In this document: piece after piece, positions 1-11,860 of the stretch | Layout: each line of letters begins with the position of its first letter | Position numbering within the stretch: the stretch's first letter is position 1 | Assembly (NCBI GenBank): GCA_000934665.2 | Contig: KZ539149.1 | Coordinates: 1-49,336 of the forward strand | DNA length: 49,336 bases | Direction of reading: 5' to 3' | DNA from: Catajapyx aquilonaris | Taxonomy: Eukaryota | The notes under the pieces: model-generated | Database searches by the model: none | Seen by the model: only the letters and a program-made list of their open reading frames with translations | Told to the model about the DNA's origin: nothing | Made by a program: the position numbers and the translations under genes

Positions 1-1784
1 CGAGGTCAACCAGTATGCCGGTATAACCCGGGGGTGGCCAGCATGCCACAATAACCGAGGTAGATTCCCATCATTTTGATCCTTGACATTTTTTTTTAAA
101 TGCATCTGGTCCTGTACTAAAATAATGTTACTGTTAAAAATGTGCGAGTACAGGCCTACAGGGCTGTGAGAATATGTACAAGTTCGTCTGTTGCACATGG
201 CATAGAGCAAGACCAATCACATATTCATCCTGCTCTGAAAGGGGAACCCCTCTAAACGTTACAAAGGAACAAGGCAAATTCCTTCAGTCCTTCGTTTTGC
301 TCTATAGTTTGCTGGTCACAGATCTCATTGGCAATCAGAGGATCACTTTGTGTAGTGGTATCAATATGTCTGAGAAGCCAGTCATTACTCAGATAATAAA
401 ATCCCAATAAAACGTATGAAATATCCTGGTAGGTATACGTCTCTTCTTCCAGCCTTCGGCTTTCACTTTTATGACTTTCCATAGTTTTGGGACTTAGACA
501 CCAACCTGGCAAGGAGTGAACCAAGTTTTGTAGCGTTTTACCTTGTTAGAAAGGTGGAGAAAAAAAAATTGGAACAGATACATCATCACTCTTATAATAT
601 CGTAGGATGCAACTCAGAATATTTGCTGGATTTTCTCTATGGCATAATTTAAAATGCACAACATAGGCATGAGCCTTTTTGAGAGTCGAGCAATTTTTTT
701 TCAGCATAAAACTGCAGGCTCACAATTACACATACAAAAGTGGATCAAATGAAAACAATAAGAATGTTACACAATTATTACAATTAATTTACCATTGAAA
801 TGTAACCATTTAATTATTTAATCCCACCCTTGCCATGTTGTTTGGGAGGGACAGTTGCAGATTAGTATGGCATTCATAACTTCACACAGTTTGACAACAG
901 ATGCAACATGAGTTAGACGTAAGCGGTGTAAAGACAGCAGAACCACTTCACACATGAACCAAAAATACTCAAGAGCTGTTATGAATTTTTGTACATCAAA
1001 GGGGCAAAACTCATCAAAACTTATTGGAGAAGGCTAGCACACAATGAATCGGCCATGTACCTCACAATCACAGGTCTACAAATGGTATTTAAAAATTCAT
1101 GGTGTTGCAGCTCTATTTGCCATGGTATGTCTCCACAATGCTTTCACTGGGCCTAGTTGAAATTTTTTACACCACTCACACACGTCATTGCGAAATACAT
1201 TGCACATGCACATTGTGCCTTCAGTATCTGATAAATTTCAACAATTTTGTCTCTTCAATGAACAAAAATGAATAATAGCATATCTCAGGGACAACTGACA
1301 TGCTGCACCTATAGGAAACTGCCATATAAAGAGTTTGTTTACAAAAAGGGCATAAGTCAATAAGTATCCCTATTGACTTCTGCGTTTTTGCAAATGAGCT
1401 CTTCATGAGCTTGGAACTATCCCTCTCAAGCGGCCTCCCAAAAGCAAAGTTTAAATAATTGCATTTTGTTTTCATTCAATCCATCCTCAGACTACTCTGT
1501 TTGGTGCGTAAGTCATTCAGTCATTAACCCTTAACCCCTTGAGCCCCAGCTATACCCGCCATAACCTAGTTTTCCGCTTAAGGGTACGCTGAAGATACGG
1601 ACAAGATATTTTACACAAAACAACAGCTATACTTACCTGATCAGGGAAAACACTATGAATGTGTCTGGAACAATTTTCCTGGTCTAGAAGTCTCTAAATT
1701 AATTTCCAAAAATATCGCTGCAAAACTCGAAATTCGAGTACTTCAGGCCAATTACTTGCCTGATTTAATTATGAAATACGTTAA

Positions 1785-1982
1785 AATACACTGCATAACA
1801 ATATTGAGAACAGTGCCAGACGAATTTGCTGAAATCGTCGTACTTTGCGAGAAATAAATTATTTCTTATGTGCGGCTTTCTTGTTACTTCGGAAATCTCC
1901 CAAATTCATTTATTTCTCGCGAAGTACGACGATTTCAGCAACTTAGTCGGGCAAGATTCTCAAGGTTAATATTCCGTATATT
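1785..1982. mobile_element. Small hairpin element flanked by TTAA
   Basis: TTAA at 1781-1784 and 1983-1986; arms TGCTGAAATCGTCGTACTT / AAGTACGACGATTTCAGCA. Confidence 0.6.
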
Positions 1983-1986
1983 TTAA

Positions 1987-2499
1987 AGGGACACTCCACT
2001 CAAAGTACAAGTTGATCTGTAAAAATCAGGCAAAAAATCCTGATTCCGGTGATACCATCCGTTTTTTTCTACGGCGAACGGTAACCCGAGAAATAAATGG
2101 CAAGGTAGGCCGCCTGCAAACCCCCTCCCCCTCCGCGGTCTTGGCGACACTCCCCCGGCCACTTGGCGACGTTGGATAGCAGCGCCGCCCTTCCCAACGG
2201 CGACTTGGATAAGTTGCCTGCGGGTATGGGGATCCGTGGGGATCTGGTCAGATCTGGTTGTGTCCGAAGCCAACTTCCCCTAGTGCCCGTTGGGAAGGGC
2301 GGCGCTCTATCCAACGTCGCCTAACTTGGCCAGGTGGCCAGGCTGCGCCACCCCTCGAACAGACCTCGAATTTTTTCCGAATTTCGTCTCTTCCCCTGAC
2401 ATTACCGTTCGTCTCAGAGATAAACGGATGGTATCACCGGAATCAGGATTTTTTGCCTGATTTTTACAGATCAACTTGTATTTTGAGTGGAGTGTCCCT
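1987..2499. mobile_element. Kolobok-like MITE (AGG...CCT ends, TTAA TSD)
   Basis: TTAA-AGGGACACTCCACTCAAA ... TTTGAGTGGAGTGTCCCT-TTAA; arms near-perfect for about 75 bp. Confidence 0.75.
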
Positions 2500-2556
2500 T
2501 TAATGTATTTCATAATTAAATCATTGTCTTTATCTTCAGAGTAAGTGCAAGCGAAA

Positions 2557-2716
2557 ATCTAGGCGATAGAATTTACAGCGATCTTTTTGGAAATTAATTT
2601 AAGTACTTCTAGACGATGAAACTCGTTCCAAACACAATCTAGGCGATAGAATTTACAGCGATCTTTTTGGAAATTAATTTAGGGACTTCTAGACGATGAA
2701 ACTCGTTCCAAACACA
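2557..2716 (+). repeat. 80-bp tandem duplication (2 copies)
   Basis: ATCTAGGCGATAGAATTTACAGCG...GTTCCAAACACA repeated directly with 2 mismatches. Confidence 0.9.
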
Positions 2717-2813
2717 TACATAGAGTAGAGCATGAAAGTGTAAGTATAGCTGTTATTATTGGTAAAATATCTTATTTTTATCTTCAGAGTACATGTAAGT
2801 TTAACAGAAACGA

Positions 2814-3104
2814 TTTTTATTTTTTTTTAAATTTACCCCGTGATAGAGCCAGCGGCTCTCTTAGGGGGGAAGGGGGTGGTTCCCTAGGGAGGGCGCTGAT
2901 ATTTTTAGTCATTTCTGACTTATGAAAATACACCAGGCCTTTTCTACTGGCCCCGGGCAGATAGGGAGTGCAATTCTGCCCCGGCATGTCGGGTGAAAAG
3001 CGGAAAAAGACCCGGCCAAGCAGAGGTGACGGGGACGGGATTTGAACCCCGGCCTCCCGCTTGGCTGGCCAACGGCGTAACCGTTAGACCACCATGCCGC
3101 CCCT
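2814..3104 (-). mobile_element. tRNA-derived SINE, family A, with 9-bp TSD
   Basis: A box TGGTCTAACGG, B box GGTTCAAATCC, A-rich tail; TSD CAGAAACGA at 2805-2813 and 3105-3113; second copy at 17563. Confidence 0.85.
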
Positions 3105-3151
3105 CAGAAACGAATATCTAGGTGATGGGGGTCCAGCTGGGGCTCAAGGGG

Positions 3152-3280
3152 TTACCTAGTATCGAAGCTGTCTCTAGTGACCCCAAGCTTATGAGAATTA
3201 ACAGGGTCAAGTAATTGATTAATCAAAAGCCAAATACTTTTGTGTATTCCTCAAACATATCTTTGCTTACGTGTTAATTT
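3152..3280 (+). mobile_element. Remnant of a piggyBac-like MITE whose terminal repeat is split by the 1535-3151 element
   Basis: Reverse complement of 22950-23080. The missing TTAACCC terminus is at 1525-1531. Confidence 0.6.
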
Positions 3281-3298
3281 CCATGGGGAAAAAATATG

Positions 3299-4024
3299 CA
3301 GGGTCCTCGAAAAAGAATGTCTCATTTTAAAACCCCTATAACTTGAAAACTTGGCAGACATATCTGAATGATTTAAGTTTTTAAATACTAAGAAAGGTCT
3401 ACAGTTTTGGTTTCAGCTTAGTTTGTTTTGATATGAGCTTCATTTGGCGCTAGGCAGATTAAAAAGCCAAGATTCGGTCTCGTGACAAACCCACTCAATC
3501 ACATCTAGAGTTACCATTGCAATACTATCCCGTAGGTGATGGATATCTCTGATATTTACGCCACAGACATTGTTCTTGATGATTCAAATAAAAAAGTCGC
3601 CTCATCTATGGAATAAACCTGCCATAGTAAAATTTTATTTGTTCAGGCCCCCAGTGTGAGAAGTCTCGAATGAGAAGATTCTCCATACCTAGCGCCCCCC
3701 ACCACCCCCCTCTCCCCACNCCAGATTTTACCCTGATGGTATTTTTTGTGGAGATACATGTATGGTGAAAAGATTCCGCACCACCATCACATGGGGGAAA
3801 ATATTTTAATGGTAACGCCAGACATGCCTGACCGGTTTGGCGTGACACCGATTACCTTATTTACATTTTTTGAGTAACAAATGGAGTTCATATCGAAACA
3901 AACTATGGTAAGACCAGAATTTTAGACATTTCTTAACATTTCACAACTTAAATCATTAAGATCTCTCTAAAAATTTTCGAGTTATAGGGTTTTTAAAATG
4001 GGACATTCTGTTTCGATGATCCTG
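3299..4024. mobile_element. Tc1/mariner-type MITE
   Basis: CAGGGTCCTCGAAA ... TTTCGATGATCCTG-TA; imperfect arms of about 150 bp. Confidence 0.75.
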
Positions 4025-4097
4025 TATATATCAGGGTCCTCACAAAGCAGCAACAAGATGAGGTGCTTCTGGTATGTTGTAAATTAGGCTCTCTGGA

Positions 4098-4250
4098 CTT
4101 ATCAATTATTGAAGACCACCGTTTTGAAAATATTAATTGCCGATCATTTCATGTCGAGGACATTTGCTCATGATTTGAGACTTTCTACAGTACATAGTAA
4201 CCTTATGTAGAAATTCTTAGTGCTACCGGTTGCTGCTGAGATATCTATAA
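4098..4250 (-). repeat. Dispersed ~150-bp repeat unit, also present as a tandem pair at 22359-22655
   Basis: Reverse complement matches TATAGATAGCTCAGCAACAACC...GGTCTTCAATAATT. Confidence 0.65.
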
Positions 4251-5753
4251 TTATAACCATTGAAGTATATTTGCACAATTTTAAATACTCAATGACGTTT
4301 TCTATAAAGCTGTTTCATTATTTACACATTCAGATTTGTGAGCTTTTACATGGAATTCAAAATTTAATCACATGAATTGGAGATTAAATATTAAACTACC
4401 ACCTGGGGTCACCTGTGACCCCACAATACGAGTTACATTGCTCAGATTGACAGGTTAAAAGTTGATAAGCAGATTAATACTGATACATTTCTGTTCTAGA
4501 GTAAAGTAGCAATCTTTCTAGCAACTTTAAAATGTCCCTTTGAAGGCACTTCTTGTCAGCTTGACACCAGTTTATTAGATGCCACTATGAGACTGTGCCT
4601 TAGGACAAAATGTATGGTTTCCAGACATTAGATCAAGCACCGCAGCCAATAAATTCAAGGAGGGAATGGGAAAGCTATCCTAGCTACCAATTCCCATGTC
4701 ATCCAAGTCGAAACGTGCAGCTTGGCCCATTTTAATTTCGTATCCTTACTAACGAAACGTGTGTTGCCTGTTCATGTCATCTAGACAGGCCTTTAGAAGC
4801 AGGGATAACAACTATAAATGTCACAATACCACCCAAGTGAATTATGCTAAAAAAAATCTCAAATACCAACATGGCTTGGGAAGCCATAGGCATTGCAACA
4901 TTAGGTAGTATGAATTTCTCTGGCCAAGATTACTAGCAAATCAGCATTTGTAGTGAAATGGAGTTGTCAGCATCAATTTAGTTCCGCTAGTGAAAAATTA
5001 ATATTGTAACCCTCACAAATTCTCAATTTGATTTTAACCCTAATCCAAGATTGGAATGTCAGAAATTTGCTTAGTGTTCCACATTTCTGGTCTTGTAGAC
5101 CTCCTGTCAAATCTCCATTTGTGACATTCAATATTGTATACACAGCCACCAGCGTGCTTTTACATTGCGTTACTGTGTGGCCAACACGCAGGTGAACAGA
5201 TATGCCCCCAGCTAGACAATCCTATTCTTGGTTGTGGGAAAGGAATCAGGGCATATGACTGTAATCGGATGCTGAGAATGGAATGCAAAGCAATAAGGAA
5301 ACTAGTTTAGCAATGGTAACAGTCACCCTTCCTGCCTCTCCCACAACTGAGAATATAAAAATGCCTGACCACGCCATGTCTATACACCTGCATGCTGTCC
5401 AAGCACTCAAGTGTTTTCTTAAGCACACCTGCATGCTCAAGGTACGATTCACAAAGGTTACATCCATGCAACATGTAATATTAGGAAGCTCCTCAAGCTT
5501 TACCAAAACTTCTGGCAATCTTAATTTCAGCCTAATCTGCTTTAATGGGGGCCATGTGTGCAGTTGTCCATTAAGCACTGCCCCAAACATGCACCCTTAT
5601 TGGTAGTCACCACAGCACAACAATGTTGCCACTTGAGTCTCAACACCCCACTGTTAAACAACTATGCGAAACACTGTCATAAGCTGGCAGTAGACCTTGC
5701 CTCTATGAAGCAAACAAGCAAAACACAATAACACTGTCCAGCAAATGCATCAC

Positions 5754-5933
5754 CTCTCCCGAGTCTCCAAAGAGCTCGTGAAACTCCTGAAGACCCATGC
5801 ACAGCCTTTCCGTGACAGCCTTGGATTTGTCGTGACCGGAGCCTGTACATTGCGCCCAAGCCGAGCTGATGCGAATCCTCTTGTTATGACCAACACTCTT
5901 GGTCGGCTTGCCTGGGAACTTGTACTTCGCCAT
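5754..5933 (-). CDS. trx: Trithorax/KMT2A (MLL1)-like histone H3K4 methyltransferase, first coding exon (60 aa); downstream exons not found in window
   Basis: Encodes MAKYKFPGKPTKSVGHNKRIRIS...LCMGLQEFHELFGDSGE, then a phase-0 donor GAG|gtgatg. The N-terminus resembles Drosophila Trx MGRSKFPGKPSKS and the MLL menin-binding motif RFPARP. The exon end resembles MLL1 LRRFRAVFGESG..SGE. Start context is AAAGATGGCG. Confidence 0.8.
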
Positions 5934-6179
5934 CTTTGACTCCCGCTTGCTCCGTCCTCGCTTCACAGCGAAACACTGCGCTGCCTCACAAACGGGAGGG
6001 AAAGGGAAAAGGAGACTCGCTTTCAGCCTCTGAACGCCTCCCGCCAACTGCTCCCCCACACTTCATCTGCTGCTTCAGATGCATATCCTGTTTTTATGCG
6101 GATGAATAATAGTGGCCTAATTAAGTGTGGGTTAATTAAATTTTTAACTATTTTAATTAAGGTGTGGCAGCCATTTTTT

Positions 6180-6830
6180 GACTCTGACATCACGTGATAC
6201 ATGCTGTGACATTTTATTGGCTTCAATATGGAGGTGGGTGTTGAAAGTCGTAAATCTGTTTAAAAGCTGCTGTGCATGAAAATTCACGCATTTTTAAAAA
6301 TATACCTTTAAGCGCTGTCATTTTTCATTATTTTGAGAGTTTAAAGCGAGTGCGACGCAAATTGGAATCCATCTTTTGCCTCAATTGTCGCGCACTTTTT
6401 ATTCTCATTCACGATTGGCTAAGTGATCAAACATGGCAGCTATCACTCATGCATCATAATAGTATTTGACTTTACTTTATGCACGCGTAAAGTATGATAG
6501 ATATACCTAATTTTAGATCATTTTAGGCGGTGACCGATGATGACATTTAGGACCGCCAACTCTGCAATGGACACTTCAATTTTTAAAACGCGGGAAGAGA
6601 GAGCAATCACCTGTGCAGCTGTCGCGCCGAGCCTACATTAGAGCGGGCCAATCGGAAGCCAGAAGCGTTTGGCGGCAAGGGCTATGTGACGTCACCCGAG
6701 CCGTCAACCGTTGGGGCGGACTTTTTTGCTCCTTTCAACTTCCTCGTCGCGACGTCGGTGTCACGAATATAAACGGAATCGCGTGATTTTTTCCCCCTCT
6801 CGCTCACGGCAACGCAGCCAGATCGATAGT
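6180..6830. promoter_or_regulatory. CpG-rich promoter region upstream of trx, in the divergent trx/TTC7 interval
   Basis: TCACGTGA E-box 6190-6197; CCAAT 6648-6652 next to CGGAAG; GTGACGTCAC CRE palindrome 6686-6695; GGGGCGGA GC box 6713-6720; CpG density visibly above the flanks. Confidence 0.5.
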
Positions 6831-8032
6831 AATTAAAAGCTGACTAATCGCTCCCGCATGCAAATACTGAGATTGGAGGGACCTTTCCTTTGTTCTCATC
6901 AGGTATAGCCTTTTTATACTGTATATAGATCTACAGTATATATTATACGTGAGGTGAGGAAAATGAAAGAATAAATGATGACGATGATGCAAGACAGCTC
7001 AGTAGGCTAGTCAGATCAGGTTTGTTTTTAGGCAAGCTCAGGCTGACGTCGTTCACGTAGTGCACGGGTGTCGGTGTCGTTTTCGATGCAATCAAGTGGC
7101 TGAATTGCGTAGGAAAACCTAATGCTGCTATGAAATACAGCACATACGACATACCGGTAATTATTGTCACGAGTATTTTGATAATGAGGGGTGTAGTGGA
7201 GCAAGCAAAATGTCGCTCATTTGCGAGATGGGCCAGCTGGCAAATGAAGTCGTGGCTCAGGTGCTTTATTGCATTGACTTTTCTTTATTGCTTTATTGTT
7301 CTGTGTTTTAAAGAGGTATCAAAACAATATAGCAATCCGTCTTCAAGGTCAAGGATGTTCCAGAGAATAATAAGACGAGTTAGTCAGATTGAAACAACAA
7401 ATGAGGGTCAGTAATGCAAAACAATGACGGAGTACACAAGCAATGGAATCAGAACGTTTGAAGGATGAATATTGCATTATTCCTATATGGTGCGCTCTCT
7501 TTTTAACTTTATTTGCAAACATTTCTCGAAGGAACTGTAAATCACCAAATGCTTTACCAGAAAGTGTGCATCTGGATCAAGGACTGCAATTGTGTCCAAA
7601 ATGTGTCGGATCCCTCTGCATTTCAGGTCTTCAAAGTACAGTATATCGCTGCCATATCGAGGGGATATGACCTACAGTCCTAGACAATAGACATAACGCG
7701 GTCGATTTTGTTCTGTCTCATATATAATTATATTCGATTACGTGAGTCTTGCCTCAATGAAATTCTGTATTATAAATCAGTGAATGAATAATAAGGCAAC
7801 TATATGCATGCGCCGTATTATGTGTTGGCTAGTATTAAAGACTGTAAGTTACATTATTTATGCACCGGTTCCAGAGGGGTCAGTTAGCCATATACCGTAC
7901 TGTATCTCGGGATATATCAGGATAAAGCCACAGGTAAACACATTATTGTCAATTCGATTGGAAAGTTCAGGGTCAACGGACAATAAGTATGCACCTAGCA
8001 GATCAGCACATAAATATAAATAATAAGTGAAG

Positions 8033-8065
8033 TTATTTATTTATTTATTTATTATTATTATTATT

Positions 8066-8128
<63 letters not shown>
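8033..8128. repeat. (TTTA/TTA)n-(TAA)n head-to-head microsatellite
   Basis: Read directly from the sequence. Confidence 0.95.
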
Positions 8129-8130
<2 letters not shown>

Positions 8131-9514
8131 ACTTTTGGCGATTTATTAGAAATGAAAAGAGCGCACGAGTTTTACTTACAGGTTGTATTATGCCTCTCAC
8201 CCCCTCCCCCTTTCGTGACCAGCTTGTCATCATCTGACGGACCGGGACGGACCCTCTTCCTTTCTTCCGTGGTGACGCCACTTACGAAACTGGCCCCCCA
8301 CGACATTGCATCAGCTTTCATACGCGCCACTTCATTCAATCAGGTGCGAGGTGCCATTGACTTTTCAGGGCAGACGTCCATTATGGAATCAATAAAAGTT
8401 GCGTCATCTATCAAAGCGAAAATAAATTATACATTTTTACTACGTTTAATTTTAGAAGCGCTTCATGTGCTCACGTTTGTTTATGCTATTTATACGTATA
8501 TAGCCCTACTATTATAATACCACTGGACTTTCCTGTGCGGGGTATAAGGCTAACCTCTGGATGATTGCAGTTCCCTTATATCATAGTACAAATTGTGTGG
8601 TGGTATATATCCCGGAATCTTGTGAAAATCGGAATTAATAGTTCCGCACATTTCATTGGTCTCCAAATGTGCGTTCGGGCAAATACTTATATATCTATTG
8701 GGCGTATGTCACACGGAATGCATCATATATTTCGGGCATGAATTGCACACCACACCGCACTAGATAGGTCAGGTCATTAGCTCTTGGTCAGATTAATACT
8801 TCAAAAGTGATTTCTTCCTCTACAACACCAAGAACGACAACACTTATAATATGTTATAAACCTTTCAAACAGCAGGAATTTAGCAGAGTCTCAATTTCTC
8901 CCGCTCGATATCCAATGATTATTTACATATGCACCAGGTGGCAGGAGCATCTAACGTACATTAAATCCGCGCCCCAACCTCCACGTGCAACCTCTGTGGC
9001 TCTGTTAATAATATTTCAACAATATAATTATATTATCTAACATATCTCAGGGTACACCATAATGAGCGAAATCGGCATTTAGTATTTCATTTCACTTGCT
9101 CAGCTGATGGATATGTTGCGTTGCGTTTAGAAAGAGAAAGAGAGGCCAGTGTGTAACTTGATTGTTGGCTTCCGTACACATCTAGTTTGATGATTGGCCG
9201 TTGGTCGCCGCTGTGTGGGCAAGAAGAGTCAAGCAGGCAAGATCTGTCAAGCAGGAGGCCACTTTTCATCATGTAGTTCTAAGAACGTCGCCAGGTGACA
9301 CTGTAGGATTCAGTCTCGTGTACCCTAGCGGGGAGGAGTAACACTAATGGAAACGAATTGGTAGGGCATGAAATATCTGATATGGCTCTGGTCATTGTGC
9401 AGGCGGGATGGATATTTGCAAGATGGCGATGTGAGACAGTCGTCGGTGCTGGTGTCGTTCCAGGTTGTAGTCTGGGTGCGTGGTAGAGAAGAGTAGGCGG
9501 TTAGATAAGTGAGG

Positions 9515-9665
9515 ATGGCAGGTGCTAAGGGCGGTGGAAGTAGTAGTGCCAAGGGGGCCTCTCGTCTGGAGTCGGACATCGAACGCAACCGGGAAGAGTC
9601 CAACTGGAAGAAAGTGGTCGATCTGGCCGAACAGCTGAAGACACGATCACTAGGAAACTCTGGTG
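9515..9665 (+). CDS. TTC7: TTC7 (tetratricopeptide repeat protein 7, PI4KA complex scaffold) exon 1
   Basis: MAGAKGG...SRLESDIERNREESNWKKVVDLAEQL matches the TTC7 N-terminus. A phase-1 donor is required: G|gtacag after 9665 or G|gtggta after 9662. Confidence 0.85.
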
Positions 9666-10405
9666 GTACAGTATATGTTATTTTCTGGCTGGGGGTAGAG
9701 CCATGGCGTGACATCACTTGTGTGGCATGTGAATCCAAGTTAAGGTTGATGCCATAATTTAAAAGGGATTTTGATCGCTTTTATGGAACACGAGTAGTGA
9801 CAGAAGGCATGAGTATGATTGCTCAGTTTGAGGCCACAAAGAATCTGCAGTAGCGTTGATTGCATTTTATTCAGCTAAATATATGATTAGTGTACATAGA
9901 TGAGCTGGAATGCAGGCTCATTCCCATTAAGCAGTTATGCTTGCTTTAAATTATCCTGTCAGGAAATGTGTAGAAATGCTGTTTTTTTTTTAAATGTTTT
10001 GTCAATTCTTCAAGGTTGCTTTTTCCTTATTGGAAGTGACTAAGCAGACAGAACTGGAAACAATATTTTAAAGTAGACTTGAGTATATTTCCAGATGAGG
10101 AACTATTTGTTGCTGTTAAATATGGTTATTGGTTTAGGAGTAAACCACTCCCAGCTATCCACTCAGGAGTCTGTAGGTTCAATTATCTGATTGACATAAC
10201 AGTTAAGCCATACTTATTCATGAATGCCAACCATGTGGAGAGTTTCAGCAACCTAACTCCAGGCCTCTGAAGTGCTGCTGGAAGAGTTGTTCCAAGCACT
10301 ACCTTCATTTGGGTTGAACTCGACAGTGGACTTGTGCAGTTTGTTTATCCACTGCAGTTTAGTGGATTGTGTACAAATTTTGCTAACATCACATTTTCTT
10401 TGCAG

Positions 10406-10860
10406 AAATTCTTGCAACATTCCTGATTGGTGAGGGAAAACTTGAGGATTTCTTGGATGAGTCTCCACCAACTGAAAACAATGTCCCTAAGGCCAAGTCT
10501 GGTCTGTCAGAGGCGAAGCGTTACTTGACTCTCGTCACAGGGGAAGCTGGTCAAAAAGTTGGAGTTGCATTAGATGCCCACTTACTCTTGGGCAAGCTCC
10601 ATTATGCCATGGGACTATATGAGGAATCTTTGATGCACTTTGACAGAGCTGACCTTGACTCATTAACAGAGAAGCAATTGGCATCAAGGGGACTTCGCAT
10701 CGTAGCTGAATCATATGCAGTCAAAGGTCTAAGCCTGGAAAAAGCACCAGTGGCAACCACTAGCAAGTATAAAGTTGCTGAGAGGGAACATCGGGTTGTG
10801 CAGGCATTTGAGGTTGCAGGAGACCTTGCACTTTTGTACCTACAAGAGCAGGATAAACAG
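10406..10860 (+). CDS. TTC7: TTC7 exon 2
   Basis: Acceptor ttctttgcag|; encodes (E)ILATFLIGEGKLEDFL...LLLGKLHYAMG...LRIVAESYAVKGLSLE...LYLQEQDKQ; donor CAG|gtaagt. Confidence 0.93.
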
Positions 10861-11019
10861 GTAAGTTGTCAAGTTCTCATGTCACAGAACAGTGATTGTA
10901 GATTTTTGTGCTTCGTATACTTCATATGCTTATGTATACAGGATACTCTTCACCTTCTGTTAAAAGGCACCACCTTCTCTGAATGCCACCCAACTCCAAA
11001 TCACCCACTACAATAACTA

Positions 11020-11526
11020 CCGTATTTACTCTCATATAAGACGCACACGCGTATAAGACGCACCCCGGTTTTGAGGCGAAAAATCTTGGAAAATCGGTTG
11101 TTGACTCATAAGACGCACCCAGATTTATTGCCTTAGTTTGGAAACTGGCCTCGTGCTGCCGCAGCAACCTCGTGTGCAATGCATGTGCGTGTGGAATCCA
11201 TTAGAATCCAGTAAAAAGGGGCGGGGGGNCCAGTAAAAAAGGGGGGGGGGGGCAAGTGGAAAATGGGACAATGATACGCATCTGAAACGTATAGGTGGCA
11301 AGGTCACACCGGAATTGTGCACGTGTGTGGACGGCCGAGGAGAGCGACGATGACTGATTCGAATGTGCGATGTTTTAAAATTTTTCAATAAACGATTTTC
11401 GCGATTTCTCACGGGTTTCACCCGTTGTGCCCTGCCGTATAAGACGCACACGCGTATAAGACGCACCCTACTTTTTGAGCTACAAAAATCGGAAAAAAAG
11501 TGTGTCTTATATGCGAGTAAATACGG
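11020..11526. mobile_element. Tc2/pogo-like MITE in TTC7 intron 2
   Basis: TA-CCGTATTTACTC ... GAGTAAATACGG-TA; repeated subterminal TATAAGACGCAC motifs. Confidence 0.85.
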
Positions 11527-11860
11527 TACGTCAATGAGAAGCTTGCCAAGATGTGAAGTTGCCAGATAGTCTTGATTGCTTTTGCTCCCCCAATCAAACA
11601 AACAAGAGCATCTCATTGCCTTCAGTTGTCAAGGTGGGTGATTGGGATTAGGGTGGGATTCAGATGAGGCGGTGGGTGAGAGCTGCCTTTTAACAGAAGA
11701 TGAAGAATACTGTGCCCAAGTTGACAGTCCAAATCTGGGAATGAGGAAGACTATGGATTACTCCCCCCTTTCATGGAGCTCCGTCTTTCCCAATTATGAA
11801 AAAAAAAAAAGCTCAAAACCTTAGTTAGTCTAGCTAACAAAATGTATACCTTTGAAACAG

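Larger units (their letters stand above)
1535..3151. mobile_element. piggyBac-like fold-back MITE hosting three nested inserts
   Basis: TTAA-CCCCTTGAGCCCCAGCT ... AGCTGGGGCTCAAGGGG-TTAC; long imperfect arms (about 1535-1780 versus 2504-3151). Confidence 0.75.

Noticed and set aside
252..524. ORF as trx exon 2
   Set aside because: Lacks the expected acidic FxGF motif, has no recognisable similarity, and ends in a stop.
1983..2513. Paired ORFs sharing NGWYHRNQDFLPDFYRST on opposite strands
   Set aside because: Mirror translation of MITE arms. The same artefact occurs at 43111-43572 and 44894-45515.
8045..8281. Poly-Ile/Asn ORF (and poly-Tyr ORF at 17737-17919)
   Set aside because: Translations of AAT microsatellites.
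11020..11526. CRISPR-like repeat-spacer pattern (TATAAGACGCAC repeats)
   Set aside because: Irregular spacing inside TIRs; these are transposon subterminal repeats in a eukaryotic intron with no cas genes.
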